Assembly: GCF_001598795.1 (NCBI RefSeq)
Contig: NZ_BCZP01000008.1
Span: forward strand, 60,001 to 92,000
Direction: 5' to 3'
Source: Delftia acidovorans NBRC 14950
Lineage (GTDB): Bacteria > Pseudomonadota > Gammaproteobacteria > Burkholderiales > Burkholderiaceae_C
Length of the DNA stretch: 32,000 nt
This document shows, piece after piece, positions 19,321-29,200 of this stretch. The notes under the pieces were generated by a model. It was given only the letters and a program-made list of their open reading frames with translations, had not been told where the DNA came from and made no database searches. Each line of letters opens with the position of its first letter. Positions within the stretch are counted from its first letter, which is position 1. Both the position numbers and the translations under genes were made by a program.

Positions 19321-19500
19321 TCGTAACACCACGGATACGGAGGTGCGGCCCCCACCTTGAAGGGGGTCTTGTCATGTCCAGATACCTGGGGCAGATGCGT
19401 TAGTGCGCGCCTGTCTCCAACGGTTTTGGACGGGATGGGCCTACCCGCAAGGATGGTCGCACGGCCGTATCCGTGTTACGAACATCCCGTCCACCCGTTG
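19321..19500 (+). ncRNA. Candidate structured RNA / 5' leader with two mutually exclusive long helices
   Basis: - Helix A: 19321-19329 and 19333-19340 pair with 19465-19472 and 19473-19481 (17 bp with a 3-nt cac bulge).
- Helix B: 19418-19423 and 19427-19437 pair with 19483-19493 and 19495-19500 (17 bp with a 3x1 internal loop).
- Local hairpins lie at 19347-19368 and 19378-19389.
- Strand is inferred only from G-U pairs in the small hairpins and from the downstream gene.
- No Rfam family is recognised by eye. Confidence 0.35.
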
Positions 19501-19550
19501 CCTGTCGTAGGGTGACGAGTGGCTCTCTTGATTCATATGGGAACCAAGAC

Positions 19551-19949
19551 ATGCACCCTCTCACCGCCGCACAGGCGACCTCTCCCCAACCACCCCTTCT
19601 GCCCACCTGGCAGCAGGCCATGCACGCCTCGCTGGGGCTGGTGCAGAGCACGCTGCAGCAGTTGATCGATCTGATGGTCGACGATCCCGACAGGGACGAC
19701 AGTGAAATCGATGTGGACTGCGCCGTGGAACTGGCGCTGGAGCACATCAAGCGCATGAGTGTCCAGCAGCATGCGGACCGCTATGCCTTCGAGGTGGAGT
19801 GGATCAAGGCAACGGCGGCGCTGCGGCTGGCGCAGGGCGCTTTCGGACGGCCGGAATCACGCTTTGGCCTGCGGCTCAAGGACGCCATCCAGCAGCTGGA
19901 GATGCTGCCGGAGCTGGTGGAGTTCGTGGACCAGGGCGACGACGAGTGA
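19551..19949 (+). CDS. Hypothetical acidic protein (orphan, no recognised domain)
   Basis: 132 aa (MHPLTAAQATSPQPP...VEFVDQGDDE) with a helical-looking sequence. By my count it has 23 Asp/Glu against 10 Lys/Arg. Third-position GC is visibly lower than in neighbouring genes. The RBS is weak (gggaaccaagacATG). Confidence 0.55.
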   Translation: MHPLTAAQATSPQPPLLPTWQQAMHASLGLVQSTLQQLIDLMVDDPDRDDSEIDVDCAVELALEHIKRMSVQQHADRYAFEVEWIKATAALRLAQGAFGRPESRFGLRLKDAIQQLEMLPELVEFVDQGDDE

Positions 19950-20020
19950 TGTGACCTGCACGCCAGCGCCGGATCACGGCGTTGGTGGCGTTGGCGTGCA
20001 AGGGAAGATATCTGCGGATA

Positions 20021-21319
<1,299 letters not shown>

Positions 21320-21397
21320 AGTGCAGGAGTCTGCCATGTGCGGGGTACAAGCCAGAGGCGCCAAGCAAGGGCGCAGCCGCTCAGGGGGTGGCCTGCC

Positions 21398-22354
21398 TCA
21401 ATGCTTGGTGTCATGGGGCGGCATCACGAAGCCTTCGATGGCTTGGGTGTCGGCGTCAAGCTCGGTGAGCGGCTCGGCGGCCTCGGCGTCTTCGTCCTCG
21501 GGCTCAGGCTGGGCCCAGAACATGCGGTCCGGGATGAAGTGGCCCATGCCGGGGCGAAAGCCGCTGTCCAGGCTGCGGTCCAGGTACTCCAGCGCCTCCT
21601 GCGTGGCCAGCCCCAGGTCGTTGCCGCTGGCCACCAGGGCCGCCAGCGCGGCCGACAGGGTGTCGCCCGAGCCGGTGAACGTGGCGTCGAACATCTCGTA
21701 CTTGCTGTTGCCCAGCACGGACTGCGCCGTGGCCAGCACGTTGTCCACGAACTGGTCGGGCAGGGGGATGCCGGTGACCAGCACGTAGGGCACTTCCAGG
21801 GCCTCGGCCGCCATGGCGATGTCGCGCGCCGTGGGGCTGCGGCTGTTGCTCCAGTCGGGCAGCAGCCAGCGGCACAGCGTACTGTGGCTTCCAACCAACA
21901 CCGAGGTTTGCGGCAGCACAAGCTCCTTGAGGGCGTCCATGTACTGGTCGAGCGGGTCTTCCTCCCACCACGACAGGTCCGGCATGTAGCAGACGATGGG
22001 GATGTCGGGATAGTCGGAAGCTATCTCGGCGATCGCCGCCAGGTTGCCCGGGCTGCCCACGAAGCCGACCTTGATGGCGGACACGGGAATGTCCTCCAGC
22101 ACGGCGCGCGCCTGCTCGGCAACGGCCTCGTCGTCAAAGGGAAAATGCTCGAAGATCTTGGCCGAATCGCGTGCGTAGGCACCCGTGACCACGGGCAGCG
22201 GATGACCGCCGACCGAGGCGATGGTGGCGATGTCGGCCGACAGGCCACCTGCTCCGCTGGGGTCGCTGGCGTTGAAGACCAGCACGCATACGGGAGCGGT
22301 TTCGTCCACCAATTCGGTGTCGGGACTGGGGGAGTTGGAGGGGTTCAATGCCAT
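21398..22354 (-). CDS. ThiD/PdxK-family (ribokinase-like) hydroxymethylpyrimidine/phosphomethylpyrimidine kinase-like protein
   Basis: 318 aa. The N-terminus DPSGAGGLSADIATIASVGGH and the anion-hole region FTGSGDTLSAALAALVASG resemble ThiD, but with GSGD rather than the GTGC I recall for bona fide ThiD. There is also an acidic C-terminal extension. It is probably co-transcribed with hemL. Confidence 0.7.
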   Translation of the reverse strand: MALNPSNSPSPDTELVDETAPVCVLVFNASDPSGAGGLSADIATIASVGGHPLPVVTGAYARDSAKIFEHFPFDDEAVAEQARAVLEDIPVSAIKVGFVGSPGNLAAIAEIASDYPDIPIVCYMPDLSWWEEDPLDQYMDALKELVLPQTSVLVGSHSTLCRWLLPDWSNSRSPTARDIAMAAEALEVPYVLVTGIPLPDQFVDNVLATAQSVLGNSKYEMFDATFTGSGDTLSAALAALVASGNDLGLATQEALEYLDRSLDSGFRPGMGHFIPDRMFWAQPEPEDEDAEAAEPLTELDADTQAIEGFVMPPHDTKH

Positions 22355-22448
22355 GGCTCAGCCCAGTTTGCGCCCCGCCAGCGAAGGCCGTGGCGGGTGG
22401 TTATGACTAGATACAATCGTTGCATTCTATGTGAAGGCCCTTTAAGCT

Positions 22449-22622
22449 GTGACCGACCCTAAAACTTGGATGTGCTTGATCTGCGGGTGGATCTATGACG
22501 AGGCGCAAGGCTGCCCCGAGCATGGCATCGCACCCCAGACGCGTTGGGATGACGTGCCCATGAATTGGACCTGTCCCGAATGCGGTGCACGTAAAGAAGA
22601 CTTTGAGATGGTCGAAATCTGA
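22449..22622 (+). CDS. Rubredoxin
   Basis: This gene is not in the ORF track because it is under 60 aa. The translation is (V/M)TDPKTWMCLICGWIYDEAQGCPEHGIAPQTRWDDVPMNWTCPECGARKEDFEMVEI, with both CxxCG iron-binding knuckles. GTG 22449 is preceded by GAAGG, and ATG 22470 is an alternative start. Confidence 0.88.
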   Translation: MTDPKTWMCLICGWIYDEAQGCPEHGIAPQTRWDDVPMNWTCPECGARKEDFEMVEI

Positions 22623-22640
22623 GCGCGGGACCACCCGCGC
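22623..22640 (+). promoter_or_regulatory. GC-rich hairpin between rubredoxin and pilG (attenuator or transcript-stabilising stem-loop?)
   Basis: gcgcggg (22623-22629) pairs with cccgcgc (22634-22640) around a 4-nt loop, starting one nucleotide after the rubredoxin stop. No adjacent U-tract follows. Confidence 0.3.
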
Positions 22641-22669
22641 CGACTCATACATTTCCGGGAGGTTTCTCA

Positions 22670-23068
22670 GTGACGACATCGGGCGCACCCTTGCGCGTAC
22701 TCGTGGTGGATGACAGCAATACCATCCGCCGCAGCGCAGAAATCTTCCTCAAACAGGGCGGGCACGAAGTGCTCCTGGCCGACGACGGCTTCGACGCACT
22801 GTCCAAAGTCAACGACTATCAGCCCCAGCTGATCTTCTGCGACATCCTCATGCCCAAGCTGGACGGCTACCAGACCTGCGCCATCATCAAGCGCAACGCG
22901 CGCTTCTCCGATACGCCCGTGGTCATGCTCTCGTCCAAGGACGGCGTATTCGACAAGGCGCGCGGGCGCATGGTGGGCTGCCAGGACTACCTCACGAAAC
23001 CCTTCACCAAAGACCAGCTGCTGCAGGCCGTGGAGCAGTTCGGCAAGCAAACCATAGGAGCACTTTGA
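22670..23068 (+). CDS. pilG: Twitching-motility response regulator PilG (CheY-like)
   Basis: 132 aa with a GTG start and a GGGAGG Shine-Dalgarno. It closely resembles P. aeruginosa PilG as I recall it (VDDSxTIRR.AE..L...G..V..A.DGFDAL.K......IF.DI.MP.LDGYQTCA.IK.N..F..TPV.MLSSKDG.FDKA.GR.VG...YLTKPF). Confidence 0.9.
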   Translation: MTTSGAPLRVLVVDDSNTIRRSAEIFLKQGGHEVLLADDGFDALSKVNDYQPQLIFCDILMPKLDGYQTCAIIKRNARFSDTPVVMLSSKDGVFDKARGRMVGCQDYLTKPFTKDQLLQAVEQFGKQTIGAL

Positions 23069-23433
23069 TGCCCATCCGCAAAGTCCTGGTCGTGGACGAT
23101 TCCAAGACCGAACTGATGTTTCTGTCCGACATGCTGCAAAAGCAGGGACTGCAGGTACGTACGGCCGAGAACGGCGAGGAAGCCCTGCGCAGCCTGGCCG
23201 AAGACCGGCCCGACCTGATCCTGATGGACGTGGTCATGCCCGGCCAGAACGGCTTTCAGCTCACGCGCGCCATCACGCGCGACCCGCTGTACGCAGACCT
23301 GCCCATCATCATGTGCACCAGCAAGAACCAGGAAACCGACCGGGTCTGGGGCATGCGCCAGGGCGCGCGTGACTACATCACCAAGCCGGTGGATGCAGGC
23401 GAGCTGCAGGCCAAGATCGCGGCGCTGAACTGA
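23068..23433 (+). CDS. pilH: Twitching-motility response regulator PilH (CheY-like)
   Basis: 121 aa from ATG 23068, which overlaps the pilG TGA, with an AGGAG Shine-Dalgarno. It is PilH-like: DDSKTE...MDVVMPGQNGFQLTR...TSKNQETDRVWGMRQGARDYITKPV. Confidence 0.9.
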   Translation: MPIRKVLVVDDSKTELMFLSDMLQKQGLQVRTAENGEEALRSLAEDRPDLILMDVVMPGQNGFQLTRAITRDPLYADLPIIMCTSKNQETDRVWGMRQGARDYITKPVDAGELQAKIAALN

Positions 23434-23448
23434 CGCGGTGCGCTGGCC

Positions 23449-23976
23449 ATGGCGAACCGTGAAGCACTGCGCGATCTGCAATCCCGTCTGGCCGGCCGTC
23501 TCCAGGCCGCACGCAGCGAAGGCGTCAAGGTGGCGGCCTGGCTGGCCGTCCAGGCCGGCGGGCGCAACTACCTGATGCCGCTGGGCCAGTCCGGCGAGAT
23601 CTTTCCCTGGGCCGGCGTACAGCCCGTGCCCTATACAAAGCCCTGGTTCCTGGGCATTGCCAACCTGCGCGGCACCCTGGCCGGGGTGATCGACCTGGCC
23701 AGCCTGCTGGGCCATGGCGTGGCGCGCAGCGAACCGGCGCTGGCCGAGTCCAGCCTGCTGGCCTTCAATGCCGCGCTGGAGGTGAACGCCTCCCTGCTGG
23801 TGGACCGCCTGCAGGGCCTGCGCAGCGCCGACGCCTTTGTGCGCACCGAGCCCGCGCCCGAGCAATCCCCCGCCTTTTTCGGCCCCGTGCATATCGATGA
23901 AGCGGGCCACCGCTGGCAGGAGCTGCAATTGCAGCGCCTGTCCCAAACCTCCGAGTTTCTGAGCATTCGCGCCTGA
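23449..23976 (+). CDS. pilI: CheW-like coupling protein PilI
   Basis: 175 aa. CheW-domain features are present (YLMPLGQSGEIFPW..., FLGIANLRGTLAGVIDLASLLG). The position between pilH and pilJ fits PilI. Confidence 0.85.
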   Translation: MANREALRDLQSRLAGRLQAARSEGVKVAAWLAVQAGGRNYLMPLGQSGEIFPWAGVQPVPYTKPWFLGIANLRGTLAGVIDLASLLGHGVARSEPALAESSLLAFNAALEVNASLLVDRLQGLRSADAFVRTEPAPEQSPAFFGPVHIDEAGHRWQELQLQRLSQTSEFLSIRA

Positions 23977-23994
23977 GTTTCTGAAGGTCGTCCC

Positions 23995-26244
23995 ATGTCA
24001 TTCTTGCAACGTCTTGCAAATCGCTTCCAACGCAAGCCGGCCGACTCCGGCTCGGGCGCGGACAACAGCATGCTCGGAGACACCGTCTCCCAGGATATGT
24101 ACGCACTCGATGCGTCCATGACCGTGCAGGGCGCGCCCGACGCCATGCCGGGCGACGCCGGCGCAGTCCTGGACCAGGAAACGGTGGTCCTGCCGCTGCT
24201 GGGCCGCGCGCCTGCCGCGCGCCACCAGCGCACGCTGTCCACGCTGCTGGGCGTTTCCGTGCTGGCCCTGGTGCTGGCGGCGGCATGGGCTCTGCGCCAG
24301 GCGGACGGCTCGGCGCAGCAGCTGGCCGCCACCGGCCAGGCCCTGATGCAGTCGCAGCGCCTTGCCAAGTCGGTGTCGCAGGCGCTGACCGGCGCGGCAC
24401 CTTCGTTTGCGGACGTGCAAGACAGTGCGGGCGTGCTGGCGCGCAACGTGCGCGCCATCACCGCGGGCGATGACTCCATGGGCGTGCGCCCGCTGGGCGG
24501 CGCCTATGCCGACGAGCTGGGCCAGATCATGCCGCTGATGGAACGCGCCGAGCAAAGCGCCAAGGTGGTGATGGAGCAAAAGCAGATCCTGACCCAGGTC
24601 GGCGACGCGCTGCGCACCATCAACCGCCAGTCCTCGGACCTGCTGGAGATCGCCGAAACCATCTCCTCGCTCAAGCTGCAGCAGGGCGCCAGCCCCGCCG
24701 AGATCTCGGCCGCAGGCCAGCTGGTGATGTTGACCCAGCGTATCGGCAAGTCGGCCAACGAATTCCAGACCGCCGAAGGCGTGAGCCCCGAGGCCGTGTT
24801 CCTGTTGGGCAAGGACTTGAACTCGTTCAAGGAAATCTCCGAAAGCCTGCTGGGCGGCAGCAGCGAACTGCGCCTGCCCCCCACGCGCGACGCCCAGACC
24901 CGCGAGCAGATCGAGGCACTGATCAAGCTCTACGAAGAGACCCGCACCGAGGCCAGCGCCATTCTGGGCAACCTGCAGGGCCTGGTCTCCGCCCGCGAGG
25001 CACAGACCGCCATCAACGCCGACAGCGAACCGCTGCGCCGCCAGCTGGAAGACCTGCAGACCAAGCTGCAAAGCGGCGCCGGCATCGGCTCGCTGCCCAT
25101 GGGCCTGCTGGCCCTGGCCACCGTGCTGGTGCTGCTGTGCGGTGTGGGCCTGTCCCGCGTGCAGCTGCTCGACAGCCGCCTGCGCCAGGAAGCTGCCGAA
25201 CGCCGCCAGGAAGAGTCGCGCGTGCAGGAGCATGAAGCCAAGCGCATCAACGACGCCAACCAGGCCGCCATTTTGCGTTTGATGAACGAGTTGCAGTCGG
25301 TGGCCGAGGGCGATCTGACGCAGGAAGCGACCGTGACCGAGGACATCACCGGCGCCATCGCCGACTCGGTGAACTACACGGTGGAAGAGTTGCGCGCCCT
25401 GGTGGGCAGCGTGCAGAACACGGCAACGCGCGTGGCGCAGACCACGGCCGAGGTGGATGCCAACTCCACCGAGCTGCTGGCCGCATCGACCGAACAGCTG
25501 CGCGAGATCCGCGAAACCGGCCGCTCCGTGCTGGACATGGCCGGCCGCATCAACGAGGTCTCCACCCAGGCGCAGGAATCTGCCCAGGTGGCGCGCCAGT
25601 CGCTGGAAGCTGCCGACCTGGGCCTGAAGGCCGTGCAGAACGCCATCGGCGGCATGAACTCCATCCGCGACCAGATCCAGGAAACCTCCAAGCGCATCAA
25701 GCGGCTGGGCGAATCCTCGCAGGAGATCGGCGAAATCACCGAGCTGATTTCCGACATTACCGAGCAGACCAACGTGCTGGCGCTGAACGCCGCCATTCAG
25801 GCCGCATCGGCCGGTGAAGCCGGTCGCGGCTTCTCGGTGGTGGCCGAAGAAGTGCAGCGCCTGGCCGAACGCTCGGCCGACGCGACGCGCCAGATCGCGG
25901 CGCTGGTGAAGGCGATTCAGACCGACACCCAGGATGCCGTGGCCGCCATGGAGCGCTCCACCCAGGGTGTGGTCGAGGGGGCCCGCCTGTCCGACTCCGC
26001 CGGCACCGCGCTGACCGAGATCGACTCCGTGTCGCGCCATCTGGCCGAGCTGATCGAGCTGATCTCCTCGTCCACCTCGCGCGAAGCCGTTCTGGCCAAC
26101 GACGTGGCCGAGAACATTCAGCACATTTTCGCGGTGACCGAGCAGACGGGCGAAGGCACGCGCACCACGGCACAGCAGGTGCGCGAACTCTCGCACATGG
26201 CCGAGGAACTGCGCCAGTCGGTGGCGCGTTTCAAGATTGCCTGA
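23995..26244 (+). CDS. pilJ: Methyl-accepting chemotaxis protein PilJ
   Basis: 749 aa. It has TM1 (LSTLLGVSVLALVLAAAWAL), a PilJ-type periplasmic domain, TM2 (LLALATVLVLLCGVGL) and a HAMP domain. The conserved MCP signalling hairpin reads EITELISDITEQTNVLALNAAIQAASAGEAGRGFSVVAEEVQRLAERS. Confidence 0.93.
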   Translation: MSFLQRLANRFQRKPADSGSGADNSMLGDTVSQDMYALDASMTVQGAPDAMPGDAGAVLDQETVVLPLLGRAPAARHQRTLSTLLGVSVLALVLAAAWALRQADGSAQQLAATGQALMQSQRLAKSVSQALTGAAPSFADVQDSAGVLARNVRAITAGDDSMGVRPLGGAYADELGQIMPLMERAEQSAKVVMEQKQILTQVGDALRTINRQSSDLLEIAETISSLKLQQGASPAEISAAGQLVMLTQRIGKSANEFQTAEGVSPEAVFLLGKDLNSFKEISESLLGGSSELRLPPTRDAQTREQIEALIKLYEETRTEASAILGNLQGLVSAREAQTAINADSEPLRRQLEDLQTKLQSGAGIGSLPMGLLALATVLVLLCGVGLSRVQLLDSRLRQEAAERRQEESRVQEHEAKRINDANQAAILRLMNELQSVAEGDLTQEATVTEDITGAIADSVNYTVEELRALVGSVQNTATRVAQTTAEVDANSTELLAASTEQLREIRETGRSVLDMAGRINEVSTQAQESAQVARQSLEAADLGLKAVQNAIGGMNSIRDQIQETSKRIKRLGESSQEIGEITELISDITEQTNVLALNAAIQAASAGEAGRGFSVVAEEVQRLAERSADATRQIAALVKAIQTDTQDAVAAMERSTQGVVEGARLSDSAGTALTEIDSVSRHLAELIELISSSTSREAVLANDVAENIQHIFAVTEQTGEGTRTTAQQVRELSHMAEELRQSVARFKIA

Positions 26245-26294
26245 CCCGGTCCAACATAGCTATGCACAGGCCCTAGGGGCTTGGGGAACTGTCC

Positions 26295-29200
26295 ATGTCA
26301 GTGGTTGACGAATCGCAAACGGGCGCGGCGCAGGCCGCGCACACCGAACAGGACCTGGGCCCGCTGGCCTGGGTGCTCGATGAGCTGCGCAAGTCGCTGG
26401 AAGGGGCGAGCAAGGCGGTGGCCCGTTTCGTGCGCGATGCCGATGCGGCACGCGCCTCGGACCTTGAGGAGCTTGACACCTCGGCCCTGCGCATCGCCCG
26501 CCAGCAACTGCACCAGGCCTGCGGCGCCCTCGAAATGGTGGGGCTGGGCTCTCCGGCCCTGGTGCTGCGCGGCATGGAAAGCGCCGTGCAGCGCTTTGTG
26601 CAGCGCCCCGAGCTGTGCACCGACCAGGCCGCCGCCACGCTGGAGCGTGCCAGCTTCGCGCTCATCGAATACCTGGAAACCGTGCTGGCCGGCAAGACCG
26701 TCTCGGCCGTGGCCCTGTTTCCCCAATACCGTGACACCCAGGCGCTGGCCGGCAACGACAAGGTGCATCCGGCCGACCTGTGGCCTGCCGAGCGCCGCGC
26801 GCGCGAGCCCGAGTGGGCGCGCCAGCCCGAGCCGCTGGCCTACGGCCCCGATGCCCGGGCCCTGCTCGACGGCGTGGTGCTGCGCATGGTCAAGAGCGAC
26901 GACCGCGAGGCCGCCGCCCAGATGCGCGACCTGTGCCTGCGCTTTGCCGTGGGCCAGACCGAGGATGTCACCGCGCGCAGCTTCTGGAAGGTGGCGGCCG
27001 GCTTCTTCGACGCGCAGTCGCGCGGGATGATCGTGGTCGACCTGTACGTCAAGCGCATGGCCTCGCGCGTGCTCATGCAGTACGCGGCCATGGCCAAGGG
27101 CGACCGCACGCCGCCTGCGCGGCTGCTGCAGGACCTGCTGTTCTTCTGCGCCCAGGCCCGCCCTGCCGAGCAGGCTGGCGCCGCCCTGCAGGCGGTGCGC
27201 CAGGCCTACGGCATGCAGGCCCAGCCCCAGGTGGACTACCAGCAGACACGCTTTGGCCGCTACGACCCGGCGGTGCTGGTGCAGGCGCGCAAGCGCATCA
27301 CCACGGCAGCCGATACCTGGTCCGCCCTTGCCGGCGGCGACCGTGCCCGCACCAAGACCGTGGTGGACCAGTTCGCCCAGGTGGCTGAATCCCTGGTCAA
27401 GCTGCACCCGGCCAGCCATGGCCTGGCGCGCATGCTGATCAAGGTGGCCGAAACCGTGGCCCGCATCGGCGAGCCGCCACCGGCCGAACTGGCCATGGAA
27501 GTGGCCACCTCCGTGCTCTACCTGCAGGCGGCCTTTGCCACCATGGACATGGGCGACGAGGAACTGGCCGAGCAGTCCGCCAACCTGGTCCAGCGCCTGG
27601 AGGAATCCCTGCAGGGCGCGCCCGCGCGTCCGCTGGAGCCCTGGATGGAGGAGCTGTACCGCCAGGCCAGCGACCACCAGACCATGGGTTCGGTCGTGGG
27701 CGAGCTGCGTGCCACGCTGGCCGAGGCCGAGCGGCACCTGGACCAGTATTTCCGCAATCCTGCCGATGCCACCGTGCTGGCACCCGTCTCGGGCCAGATG
27801 GCGCAGATGCGCGGCGTGCTGTCCGTGCTGGGCCTGGACCAGGCCACGCAGGCCATGCAGCGCATGCGCGAGACCGTGGAACGGCTGGTGCTGGGTGAGA
27901 TCGACGACGCAGAACGTCCCCAGGTGTTCGAGAAACTGGGCAACAGCCTGGGCGCCATGGGCTTTCTGATCGACATGCTGAGCTACCAGCGCAGCATGGC
28001 GCGCAAGCTCTTCGTCTATGACGAGGCCGAAGGCGGCCTGCGCATCCTCATGGGCCGTCGCGGCCACCGGGCCGATGATGCGGGCAAGGCGCCCGAGCAA
28101 CTGCCCGCCCTGGACACCGCCGCCGTGCCGCCGCAGCGCGAAGCCGTTGCCGTGGCCCAGCCGCTGCCCGTGCCGCAGGACGCCATCGCCGAGCCGCAAT
28201 TTGCCGCGCCCACCACGCCGCCCCCGCCGCCCCCGGCTCCCGTGGACATCGCGACCGAGCCGCTGGCGCAGCCCGCGGCCGCCGAGCAGGACGCGCTGGC
28301 CGATGCCGCGGAACTGGCGCAATTCGCCAAGGCCCTCGAAGCGCCGGCCGAGCCGGTCTTCCAGCTGGACCAGTCCCTGGCCGAGCCAGAGCCCGCAGCC
28401 GAATCTGCGCCTGAAACCGTCTCTGAATCCGTCTCTGCATCCGTGTCCGAGCCCGTGCCCCCGCCGGCCGGCCTGTCGGTCTCGGAAGAAGACTCGGACG
28501 ACGAACTGCTGGGCATCTTCCTGGAAGAGGCCCGCGAGGTGGTGGACAACGGCCTGCAGGCCCTGCGCGCCCTGGCCGATGAGCCGGGCAACCTCAGCGA
28601 GCAGACCACGCTGCGCCGCGCCTTCCATACGCTCAAGGGCAGTTCGCGCATGGTGGGCCTGGATGAATTCGGCGAAGCCGGCTGGGCCATGGAGCAGATG
28701 CTCAACGCCTGGCTGGCCGAGCAAAAGGCCATGCCCCAGCCCATGCAGGAGCTGGCCAGCGATGCGCTGCGCGCCTTTGGCGCCTGGGCTTCGGCCATAG
28801 AGCGCCACCAGGCCGACGCCTGGCAGGCCACGCCTTTCCGCGCTGCGGCCGATGCCATGCGCCTGGAAGGCCTGCGCGCCGACGTGGCCCTGGTGCCGCG
28901 CACACCGCGTGCCGAGCCCCTCGCACAGCCCGAACCCGAACTCGAGCCCGCACCCGCACCCGCCGCAATCGAGGAATTCGCGCCCGTGGCCCAGGAGCCG
29001 CAGGCAGAACACCTGGATGTGCCCGAGCAGGCCACGCCCGCCCAGCCCGTCCAGCCCGTCCAGACCTCTGGCGAGCTGGACTTTGCGCTGGACTTCGACC
29101 TGCTGGAACCGGACCCCCAGCCTTCGGCCGCCGCGCCTCAGGAATCGCTGGAGACACTGACGCCGCAAGCCGCCGAGGCGCCTGCCGAACTGGCCACCGA

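Noticed and set aside
19340-19400. A possible TPP or ZTP riboswitch, suggested by the nearby ThiD-like gene and purH (ccagatacctgggg resembles part of a thi-box).
   Set aside because: The conserved CUGAGA and ACCUGAUCUGGAUAAUGCCAGCG (TPP) elements and the CCGCCUGGGC pseudoknot (ZTP) are absent. The region is also not upstream of either of those genes on the correct strand.
19321-19481. Helix A as an integron attC-type recombination site (an imperfect palindrome with an extrahelical bulge).
   Set aside because: The outer heptamers (tcgtaac / gttacga) do not fit the RYYYAAC / GTTRRRY consensus. No integrase or cassette array is nearby, and the 3-nt bulge and spacing do not match the R''-L''/L'-R' layout.
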